IMG/VR virus record: IMGVR_UViG_3300028888_000043
Location: 233,756-297,755 of that record
Source: a virus
Lineage: Duplodnaviria; Heunggongvirae; Uroviricota; Caudoviricetes
Strand: one strand, 5' to 3'
Length of the DNA stretch: 64,000 nucleotides
The notes under the pieces are model-generated. The model was given only the letters and a program-made list of their open reading frames with translations. It was not told the DNA's origin and made no database searches. Position 1 is the stretch's first letter. The number at the start of each line of letters is the position of its first letter. Shown one piece after another: positions 19,202-27,687 of the stretch. The translations under genes and the position numbers were made by a program.

Positions 19202-21994
19202 ATGACACTTGAACAATTATTAAGTCCTGCTGTAGCAGAATGGTATGAAAAATTCAAGAAAAATTTGAATGAAAGTAATACGACTTTGACTCCGGAGCAG
19301 ATGGAGGAAGAGTTTGATAAGTGGCTCATTGAGAATGAACAACTTGTCAATCAGTCTGTTGATGAGAACAAGGAATCTATCAATGAATCTATCAATGCAG
19401 GAATCGAGGCGCTTAAATCATTGAATGAGGGTATATTTGATGATGATGCGTTTGCAGAGGATGCAGAAGAAAGTATAGTAAAAGGTGATGATGTAGAAGA
19501 TGAACCTATTTCAGGAGAAGTTGAGGGTGAGGAAGAGGCAGCTGCTGCCGAAGAACTCCCAAAGACTCTGACTGGTGCAATCAGACTCAGTTCTCACAGT
19601 AAAGGTGAACCTAAGAGAAATGTATTTGTTGCCTGTAATGCCCTTTATGACTTCTTGAAGAAGAAAGGTATCCAGCAGGAAGAGAACTCTCTTTATTACC
19701 GTAAATTGAATGTGTCTGATGTAAGGGATATGTCTGCTCTCTGGGCATTTGCTGATATTGCCAATGCTGATTTGAGCAGCTGGGACACAGGCAGTGTCAT
19801 CCATATGGAAGGTATGTTCTATAAGTCATCATTCAACAATGACAGTATCTGTAATTGGAATGTGTCAAGTTGCGCTGACTTCAAGAATATGTTCTCCTTC
19901 TCAAAGTTCAATCAGTCACTTAAAAAATGGACTCCTAAATTCATTGAGGTCATTGAAAGAGATGCTGATGGTCATGCAGTGAGAGATGCTTCAGGTTCTC
20001 CTGTCAAGAAGTCTGTCCGTGCTGAACTTCCTCTTATCGGTGCTGCCGCTGATGAAGAAAGTGAGCTCCTTGCACAACATTGGAATAATATTTTTGCAGA
20101 TATGGAAAAAGAAGAAGTAAAGGAAAACAAGATGAATCATGTTATTGACTTTGATACCTTTGTCAATGAAGGTAAGGTCAAGGATTTCATCAACAAGGGT
20201 ATTGAGAAGGTAAAGGGATTCTTCCAGTCAATCGCCTTGAAGTTTGGAAAGATTGTTGCTTTCTTTAAGGAAGATGGTGAGATGTATCCTGCTATCAGTG
20301 CTTACACATCCCTCAATACAGTTGCTGCCGGCGAAGTTCCTGGTGTTTCTGCTTTCTGTGCTGTTGAAAGTCCTTATCTTGAAGGTGTTGAGAAATCAGC
20401 CAACATTGTTGAGAGTCCTGAATACTATGGTATCATTGATAAGGACAGTATCGAGTACAAGAACTATGAGACCTTCAAGGGTATGATTAATGAGCATTAT
20501 GCCAAGTATGGTAATACTGGTTGTCTTGAAATGATCAATGAGGAGAATTTCAAGAGAGTTGGTTTTAGTGCAGAAGAAGGTGGTTTGAGAGATATTCCTG
20601 ATATCAACTCAAAGCAGTTGGGTATGATTCTGGAAGATGCCATCAAGAATGTTCCTGCTTACAAGGGTGACAAGTCTGGTGGTTCAGTCCTTATTTGGGG
20701 TGCTCCTGGTATTGGTAAGTCAAGTATCCCTAAGAGTGTCATCAGAAACTGGAATGAGAAACAGGACAAGTTCCACAAGAAGGCCTTGATGGTTGTTGAG
20801 TGTGGTGACTTGACAGTTGATGGTTTCACCCTTCCTATTCCTATTGACAAGAGTGTTTCTGACTATCTTGATGATAGACCCCTTGTCAGTGATGTGATTA
20901 AGGCTTCCGGTGTTTCTACTGACAATATCGAGAGAATCAAGAGGAATATGCACAAGGTTTCAACAGAAGCCCCTAAGACCTGGTTGCCTTGCTTCCGTGT
21001 CTCCACCAATCAGGATGAGGTTAATATCCTCAATGATATTGCCAATGGTCATGTGGAGAAGAAGAACAAGGGTGGTCTCCTGGTTGTCAATGAGACAACA
21101 GAAGGAGGTATCCTCCTTATGGATGAGTTCTTCCGTGCAGATGAGATGATTTTCAAGATTTTGATGCAGCTCCTCCTCACCAGAACTTACAATGATGAGT
21201 TTATGCTTGGTAACAAGTGGGCAATTGTCTGCTGCTCCAACCGTCCTAATGATGATGAGGAAGTTGAAAGAGGTTTTACCTCAACCGGTGCTGTGGTTGG
21301 TACCCGTTTCCTTGGTGGTCAGTACAACTTCATCCCTTCGTTCGATGACTGGAAGAAGTGGGCTGTCAAGGAAGGTGGATTTGATGATGTCACTCTTGAA
21401 TTCCTTATGTTTGAGAAGTCTCCGGAAGGTGAATATACCAACTGGCACACAATCAGACCTGAAGAGTACACAAAGGGTAAGTCAGGTTGGCCTACACCTC
21501 GTACCTGGTCTGCTCTTATGAATGAGTTGAATCTTTATAAGGAGAACCATGGATATGCAGAGATTTCTGACATTCCTTCTGATGAGATCCGTTTGAAGGC
21601 AGATGCTATCATCGGTGCAGAGATGTCAAAGAAGTATGTCTCATTCCTTGAGAGTCATTCAAAGACTGCTGTTAATGTTAATAAGATTTTGGAAGATGCT
21701 GAATATAAGATTCCTTCCAGTGCCAAATGTTCAGAGGTTTGTAGAAGGGTTGAGAACTCAATCAAGGTTATGTACTCACCTGACAATCTCCCAGAGGTTG
21801 ATAAACTTATGAACCTTTTCAATACACTCAACAGGACTTATTCAGAGACAAAGGATAATGTGGTTAAGATTATGCATGTCAATATCATCAAGTTCCTTGA
21901 TGTTATGAACAACAAGTCATCCCGTATTGCTTTGAAGGATTATCTCCAGGCTGTTGACAAGAGATTCCATCTTGAAGAGGCTGATTTGAAATAA
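19202..21994 (+). CDS. MoxR-like AAA ATPase with N-terminal DUF285/BspA-like repeats
   Basis: WGAPGIGKS, LMDEFFR, CSNR, WPTPRTW; repeats LSSWDTGSVIHMEGMF / ICNWNVSSCADFKNMF. Confidence 0.8.
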   Translation: MTLEQLLSPAVAEWYEKFKKNLNESNTTLTPEQMEEEFDKWLIENEQLVNQSVDENKESINESINAGIEALKSLNEGIFDDDAFAEDAEESIVKGDDVEDEPISGEVEGEEEAAAAEELPKTLTGAIRLSSHSKGEPKRNVFVACNALYDFLKKKGIQQEENSLYYRKLNVSDVRDMSALWAFADIANADLSSWDTGSVIHMEGMFYKSSFNNDSICNWNVSSCADFKNMFSFSKFNQSLKKWTPKFIEVIERDADGHAVRDASGSPVKKSVRAELPLIGAAADEESELLAQHWNNIFADMEKEEVKENKMNHVIDFDTFVNEGKVKDFINKGIEKVKGFFQSIALKFGKIVAFFKEDGEMYPAISAYTSLNTVAAGEVPGVSAFCAVESPYLEGVEKSANIVESPEYYGIIDKDSIEYKNYETFKGMINEHYAKYGNTGCLEMINEENFKRVGFSAEEGGLRDIPDINSKQLGMILEDAIKNVPAYKGDKSGGSVLIWGAPGIGKSSIPKSVIRNWNEKQDKFHKKALMVVECGDLTVDGFTLPIPIDKSVSDYLDDRPLVSDVIKASGVSTDNIERIKRNMHKVSTEAPKTWLPCFRVSTNQDEVNILNDIANGHVEKKNKGGLLVVNETTEGGILLMDEFFRADEMIFKILMQLLLTRTYNDEFMLGNKWAIVCCSNRPNDDEEVERGFTSTGAVVGTRFLGGQYNFIPSFDDWKKWAVKEGGFDDVTLEFLMFEKSPEGEYTNWHTIRPEEYTKGKSGWPTPRTWSALMNELNLYKENHGYAEISDIPSDEIRLKADAIIGAEMSKKYVSFLESHSKTAVNVNKILEDAEYKIPSSAKCSEVCRRVENSIKVMYSPDNLPEVDKLMNLFNTLNRTYSETKDNVVKIMHVNIIKFLDVMNNKSSRIALKDYLQAVDKRFHLEEADLK

Positions 21995-22072
21995 TGATAT
22001 TTAATATCATTGAAAAGGAAGTGATTAAAGTCACTTCCTTTTTTGTATTCATAAATACCATATATTATTAAT

Positions 22073-24274
22073 ATGTATTTTATGAACAGTTGGATATTGA
22101 ATGAAGCTGTTTCTGGTTATGATGCCGCATCAGGTAATGAAGACATCATTGAGAGGCTTGGTGAAATTAGTGTGTATGATTATAAGACCAAGGATTTTAC
22201 CAAGGTAAAGACATCATCTATTATCAAGGTTGTCAATGACGGTGTATATAAGATGCAGAGGGATTATCCTTATTTGTATCAGTTCATGGCAAAATGTAAG
22301 ATAATGTACATACCTACTTATCCAAGTGAGATTTGTGACACTATGTGTGTTGATAACTATAACAATCTTTGGATAAGTTGTTCATATGTTTATAATGAAT
22401 GTCTTATGGACAGTAACCGTGTGTTTGGTGTACTTTTCCATGAGATGTTCCATGTCTTCTTTGATCACCTTATGAGGTTCAATGAGATGTATCCTGCTGA
22501 TATGTTTGCTGGTGGACTTGAAGGTGCAAGGAAGAAGGCCAATATGAAGGCCAACATATGTATGGACTATGAGGTGAATGCATCAATGGCAGAAGATGGT
22601 ATTGTTGATGATGGATTCTTCAAGAGGATGAATATGCTCTATAAGAAGGAATACACCGGTCTCACCTGGGAGGAGATTATGAATAAGGCCGGAGACTTTG
22701 AATACAAGGACTGGTTGTCAAGGAATGGTTTCAATCTTGATGATATTGAATTGAAACTTCTTGATGCTATTGAAAAGGCATCCAAGGTTTTGATGGATCC
22801 AGCAGCGGAAGATGAAGAAAAGAGAGCTGCCAGAAGGGAACTTCAAAAGACTATTGATGACCTTCTTGGAAAGGAATCCAGTGGTGAAAAGGGTATTCAG
22901 GAAATGATGGAAGACCTTGCAAAGTCAAAATTGGGTGACATCGGTGACTTGTCTATGGATATGGATGAACTTGTTGATGACCTGTATAAGAATCCGGCAT
23001 CTATGACTGATGAGGAACTGGATGAGACTTTGAAGCATATTGACAAGTTTATGGATGACCTTACTGAAAATTCAAGTGAGGTTGGAGAACAGTTTGGTAA
23101 GAGTTCGGAAGAAGTATCCAATGATGCTGCCAAGGCAAGGGAGTCTTTCAAGGAGGCAATGAAGAAGATGAAGGAAGGTGGTCTTTCAAAGGAAGAAAAA
23201 CAGGACTTGATTGACAAGGCAAAGGATGACCTGGAAGATATCATCTCTGATGATGTTGAGAAAGAGAAGTTGAAGAAGAAGAGAGAGGAAAGGGATGCCA
23301 AGAAGAGAGAAGAGAGAAAGGAGAAGTTCAAGAAGACTCATCCTATCAGGAGTCTTATCATCATAATGAAGAATTTTGCGGGATTGAAGCAGTTTGGTGT
23401 TGTTTCTGAGAAGACTGTCAAAACTGCTGAAAAATGTATGGAAGTACTTGAACCATTGACTGAACTGAAATTCAGTGAGATGAAGAAATCTGACTTTGAT
23501 GATCCTATCACTTATTTCACCGAGTTGAAAGATTGCTTCCTTCCTGATTTGGTTGCATTGATTGATAATGAGACCATTCTTAATAAGACAGAGGATGATA
23601 TGAAGAGACTCCTTGATGGTGTGTTTGACTTTGTGTTCAAGGCATTTGACACTGCCCTCAACAATGACCTTGATGAGGATGCAAGAGGTTCACTTATGAA
23701 GACTGCTGCCCAGAAGATGAGAATCATCGGTAAGGTGTTGAAGACCCAGAAAGTATGGAGAACCAGCGAGGAATTCAAGGAGGCCTATATTGAAGAGATG
23801 AAGAGGATGATGGAGATGTACAAGAATGGTGAGGTTGAAGAACTTATGAAAGAACTCATTGATAAGGGTGTCCTCAATCCTATGTTCCTTGATGAAAAGA
23901 GTAGAGATATTTATCATAAGGTTATGGGTAAAGATGATGATAGAGAAACTGAAATCAAGGATGAAGAAATCAAGAGTTACACTGAAATGATGGATGGTCT
24001 TGAACCATATGAAGGTAAAGTTTATTATAACCTTTATAGTGGTGATGATTCTGAAACAATACTTGAACTTTCAGATATATCCAATGGATTGGAGGATAGT
24101 GATTTTGAGAAGTTTGGAGTTAGGTTTGAAAAGGATTTCCCTGAATATAGTGTTGGAGAACTTATGGAATCTGTTTTTGAAGTCTATTATAAAGATACAT
24201 ATGACTATGTTGACATTGATGACTTGAGGGAAAAACTGGAAAGTAATCCTGATTATGAAATCGGTGAGTGGTAA
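22073..24274 (+). CDS. DUF2201_N-like HExxH metallopeptidase with coiled-coil tail
   Basis: TMCVD, LFHEMFHVFFDH, ANICMDYEVN. Confidence 0.8.
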   Translation: MYFMNSWILNEAVSGYDAASGNEDIIERLGEISVYDYKTKDFTKVKTSSIIKVVNDGVYKMQRDYPYLYQFMAKCKIMYIPTYPSEICDTMCVDNYNNLWISCSYVYNECLMDSNRVFGVLFHEMFHVFFDHLMRFNEMYPADMFAGGLEGARKKANMKANICMDYEVNASMAEDGIVDDGFFKRMNMLYKKEYTGLTWEEIMNKAGDFEYKDWLSRNGFNLDDIELKLLDAIEKASKVLMDPAAEDEEKRAARRELQKTIDDLLGKESSGEKGIQEMMEDLAKSKLGDIGDLSMDMDELVDDLYKNPASMTDEELDETLKHIDKFMDDLTENSSEVGEQFGKSSEEVSNDAAKARESFKEAMKKMKEGGLSKEEKQDLIDKAKDDLEDIISDDVEKEKLKKKREERDAKKREERKEKFKKTHPIRSLIIIMKNFAGLKQFGVVSEKTVKTAEKCMEVLEPLTELKFSEMKKSDFDDPITYFTELKDCFLPDLVALIDNETILNKTEDDMKRLLDGVFDFVFKAFDTALNNDLDEDARGSLMKTAAQKMRIIGKVLKTQKVWRTSEEFKEAYIEEMKRMMEMYKNGEVEELMKELIDKGVLNPMFLDEKSRDIYHKVMGKDDDRETEIKDEEIKSYTEMMDGLEPYEGKVYYNLYSGDDSETILELSDISNGLEDSDFEKFGVRFEKDFPEYSVGELMESVFEVYYKDTYDYVDIDDLREKLESNPDYEIGEW

Positions 24275-24302
24275 AATAAGAATTAAACATTGTAATTAAG
24301 AT

Positions 24303-26144
24303 ATGATAACTTTATTGGAAAAATTGGACAATCTTTTGAAGTCCATCAATGAAGCAGAAGAACCAGATGTTGTCAAGGAGGAAAAACCAAAGGTGAAGGC
24401 AATTCCTATCAATCCAGAAATGATGACAGATGAACAAGGAAGACAGAAGGCATATGAAAAGATTGTAAAACTTTTCTATGACCTTTCAACTGGAGGTATG
24501 GGTCCTTCTGGTCCTTCTGTAAAGGATGATATTGAACTTCCAGATGATTTCATTGATCCCAAGTTAAAGGGTAAGATGGAGGGTCCTATGAAGGACACGG
24601 AGTTTGAGAAGAACAAGGTTATCTGGGACCAGGATGAGTTGGACAAGATAAATAAGGATGTTGAAATCAATACATCTGGAGAGGATGATGATTTTGATGA
24701 CTTTAATTATAGGGACAATGAGTTTGGTGATGATGCTGACACTTCTGAACTTGACACTGAAGATATGGACAGCAGTGGTGGAGGTGGTTCAAGTGATGAT
24801 TCCGAGAAGTCTGAAAGTGAAAGATTGAAGGATGCCATTGACAAGGCCATTGACAAGATGAGGGATGACAAGCAATCCGGTGGTGGTGATGGTTCAAAGG
24901 GAGATATGAGTTCAGGTGACAAGAACAGTGATGGTTCATCAAAAGGTTCATCAGATGGTAGTGACTCTTCCAGTGATGGTTCATCAAGTGGTAGTTCCGG
25001 TAGTGAATCGCAGGAAGGTGATGGTTCAGGTGGACCCAACATTGGCGGTAGTGCTGATGGTACAGATTTGAAACCTGGTAAACCTATGTCTGCAAAGGAC
25101 AGGAAGTTGAAGGAACTCAAAGATGCGCTTGAAAGAGGTGATGAGAGCGGATTTGATCATGCAGCAGATGAACTTAAAGAAGGTGAGGATGGAACTGGAA
25201 AACTGGCCGGTGAACATAGGGATTCTGTAAGTAATGAAGACCTTGAAAAGGATATGAAGAATGCCGGACTTTCTGAAAAGGATATCAAGGAAATGATTAA
25301 GACCAAAGACCATGATACTTCAAAGGATTACTCCGATGAAGAGATTGAGGAAATCAAGAAGGAAGTTGTGGATGGTCTTGAAAAGAAATGTAAGAAGAGA
25401 GGTGGTTCTGCTCTTGCCAAGACTGTTGTCAAGAATGCCTTGAAGGCAAAGATTGAGAATGATGAGTGGAAAGAGATGTTGAAACTCTTCTTGAAAGCCA
25501 AGTCCATTATGAAGGGAAGTACCAGTAAGGCAAAGAATAAGACGGTCTATGGTAATAAGAATCATCTTTGGAGAGATTCTGTCCTTCCAACCAGGACATA
25601 TGGAAAAGGTGAGATACAGAAGATTTACTGTTTTGTTGACTTCTCCGGTTCTGTGAATCAGGATTTGGTTTACACTTTCCTTGGTAGGGTCATTGACTTG
25701 TGTCAGGAACTTTCTTACACTGATGTCGTGGTGTATGGATTCGGTGATCAGATTGTTCTCCCAAGGAAAATCAATGGAAAGATGCTCAAGGCCCAGGGTA
25801 GGGATGTTGTTCTTTCACAGACCTGGGATTACATCCAGAGTCAGAATCCTGGTGGTGGTTCGGAGAATTTTGAGGATGTGGCACATGAAATCAACCAGAT
25901 TAGGAGAAAGGACAAGGATTCAGTGTTCTTGATTTTCGGTGATGCCCTTTGGAGTAACTATGGTAATGCACATCCGCCACTCTTCCTGAAGGAAGTATGT
26001 GGAACAAAGGTTCTTGAAGATATATGTGTATTGACTTATTACATGTATGAAAACAGTACATATGCAGGTGAGATTGCCTATTTGAGAGAATTGGTAGGAC
26101 TGAAATCAGTCATCACAACGAAGGCATCAAGTATCAGGGAATAA
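24303..26144 (+). CDS. vWA (MIDAS) domain protein with Ser/Gly/Asp-rich linker
   Basis: FVDFSGSV MIDAS, GGGSENF, IFGDA; low-complexity region about 24760-25070. Confidence 0.8.
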   Translation: MITLLEKLDNLLKSINEAEEPDVVKEEKPKVKAIPINPEMMTDEQGRQKAYEKIVKLFYDLSTGGMGPSGPSVKDDIELPDDFIDPKLKGKMEGPMKDTEFEKNKVIWDQDELDKINKDVEINTSGEDDDFDDFNYRDNEFGDDADTSELDTEDMDSSGGGGSSDDSEKSESERLKDAIDKAIDKMRDDKQSGGGDGSKGDMSSGDKNSDGSSKGSSDGSDSSSDGSSSGSSGSESQEGDGSGGPNIGGSADGTDLKPGKPMSAKDRKLKELKDALERGDESGFDHAADELKEGEDGTGKLAGEHRDSVSNEDLEKDMKNAGLSEKDIKEMIKTKDHDTSKDYSDEEIEEIKKEVVDGLEKKCKKRGGSALAKTVVKNALKAKIENDEWKEMLKLFLKAKSIMKGSTSKAKNKTVYGNKNHLWRDSVLPTRTYGKGEIQKIYCFVDFSGSVNQDLVYTFLGRVIDLCQELSYTDVVVYGFGDQIVLPRKINGKMLKAQGRDVVLSQTWDYIQSQNPGGGSENFEDVAHEINQIRRKDKDSVFLIFGDALWSNYGNAHPPLFLKEVCGTKVLEDICVLTYYMYENSTYAGEIAYLRELVGLKSVITTKASSIRE

Positions 26145-26177
26145 AAAAAGGGGATGGTTCTAAACCATCCCTCTTTT
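26143..26177. terminator. Bidirectional terminator
   Basis: A-tract GGGATGGTT-CTA-AACCATCCC TCTTTT between convergent genes. Confidence 0.8.
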
Positions 26178-26898
26178 ATTTATCATTCCAATCTCTTAGT
26201 TTTTTTATCACTTTCGGTATAATTGGATTTCTAACAACTTCATCATCGTTGAAGTGGCAGTAACCTATATAATTCTCTTCTTTGAAAATTTCAATAATAT
26301 GTTGAAGTGCGGACTGTTTCCTTTTCTTCTCCTGGTCAAAATCCACCTGTTCGGTGTCTCCGAGGAATACCATCTTACTGTCATCTCCGATTCTTGTTAT
26401 TATTGACTTGAAGAGATTCATAGTGATGTTCTGAGACTCGTCTATGATGATATAAGATTTGTCCAATGTAACACCTCTGATGTATGCAAGCGGTAGAACT
26501 TCCACTTTCTTTTCCTTGAACAACCTATCAACATTGTCTTCATTGTTGACCATCTTTTTCATATTGCCTTTATAGGACATTATGTGAGGTTCCATTTTTT
26601 CCTCTATTGTTCCAGGAATGTATCCGATGTCTTCATTAGGGGTTGAAATAACAGACTTACATAAAATTAGTTTGTCATACTGTTTTGAAAGAACCCCAAG
26701 GAGACCTTCATATAAGGCAATGTAGGTTTTACCAGACCCTGCGATTCCATCGCAAATTGTTATGTCATGGTTTCTGATTTCAGTCACAAAGTGTTTTTGT
26801 TTCTGATTCCTACATTTAAGGGGGAGAAGTGTAATCGGATTTTTGTCTACCACTATTTCGGGTATTTGGAAATCATCAGATTTTTTCTTTTTTGGCAT
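26176..26898 (-). CDS. phoH: PhoH-family ATPase
   Basis: GIAGSGKT, IGYIPG, LAYIRG, IIDESQN, GDTEQVD, VRNPII. Confidence 0.93.
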   Translation of the reverse strand: MPKKKKSDDFQIPEIVVDKNPITLLPLKCRNQKQKHFVTEIRNHDITICDGIAGSGKTYIALYEGLLGVLSKQYDKLILCKSVISTPNEDIGYIPGTIEEKMEPHIMSYKGNMKKMVNNEDNVDRLFKEKKVEVLPLAYIRGVTLDKSYIIIDESQNITMNLFKSIITRIGDDSKMVFLGDTEQVDFDQEKKRKQSALQHIIEIFKEENYIGYCHFNDDEVVRNPIIPKVIKKLRDWNDK

Positions 26899-26960
26899 AC
26901 TGAATATTATTATGGTATATCAAATGAAAAGAGTGAGACAAAAGTCCCACTCTATTCATT

Positions 26961-27545
26961 TTACTGATAGACAGGAAGACCTACGGTCTGATCATCCCAA
27001 CCGTCACACTGGAAGGTCATTGAAATCTCATTTGCCTCGTTACCAGCATCATAACTTCTGTCATTCATACCTGTAGGCTGGCCAGGGATAACATTCCAGC
27101 AGGTGATTTTTCTCCAGATTGAACCATCACGGTTGTACTCTACGATGACCATTGAACCACAATATTCTTTCTTCAAACCATACTGACCTGTTGCAGGGTT
27201 GAAAGACTTGTTGTACCATTTACGGAGAGTTGTATAGATGTAGTTCTCGTTTGAATCATTCAAGTTCAGGGAGAAGGTCATTGCCAACTCGAGGTGGGTC
27301 TGCTCCGGAACGCCAAGGTAAACTCTTTCAGCCTGTTTGAATTTCTGGATGACTGTACCCATAGGAGGGTTGATTCCGTCAAGACCAGAGATTGATCTAA
27401 CATGCTCAAGAAGAAGCTGTGTAGTCTTGTCATCTTGCTGACCGTCAAGGGTAGGAGGGAGGATGGTGACCTCAAAGAACGCTGGGTTCACGACTTCCCA
27501 CTTATTGACAGCGGCATGTGAATTCTTAAAGTGACTAAGTGCCAT
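26961..27545 (-). CDS. Tail tube protein (T4 gp19-like)
   Basis: 194 aa; LRKWYN..NPATG..GLKKEY, MTFQCDGW; adjacent to sheath; late promoter. Confidence 0.8.
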   Translation of the reverse strand: MALSHFKNSHAAVNKWEVVNPAFFEVTILPPTLDGQQDDKTTQLLLEHVRSISGLDGINPPMGTVIQKFKQAERVYLGVPEQTHLELAMTFSLNLNDSNENYIYTTLRKWYNKSFNPATGQYGLKKEYCGSMVIVEYNRDGSIWRKITCWNVIPGQPTGMNDRSYDAGNEANEISMTFQCDGWDDQTVGLPVYQ

Positions 27546-27687
27546 ATCTCGTGTTTTTGTTTATTTTTGTATGCTGTGAAGACTCCGCCTTCACTTATAT
27601 TATTTATGAAAATGAATGGACTTCATATTTTATGGTTGGAATTGGTTTTACATAAATACCTTATAAATATAATAAAAAGTTAAAATT

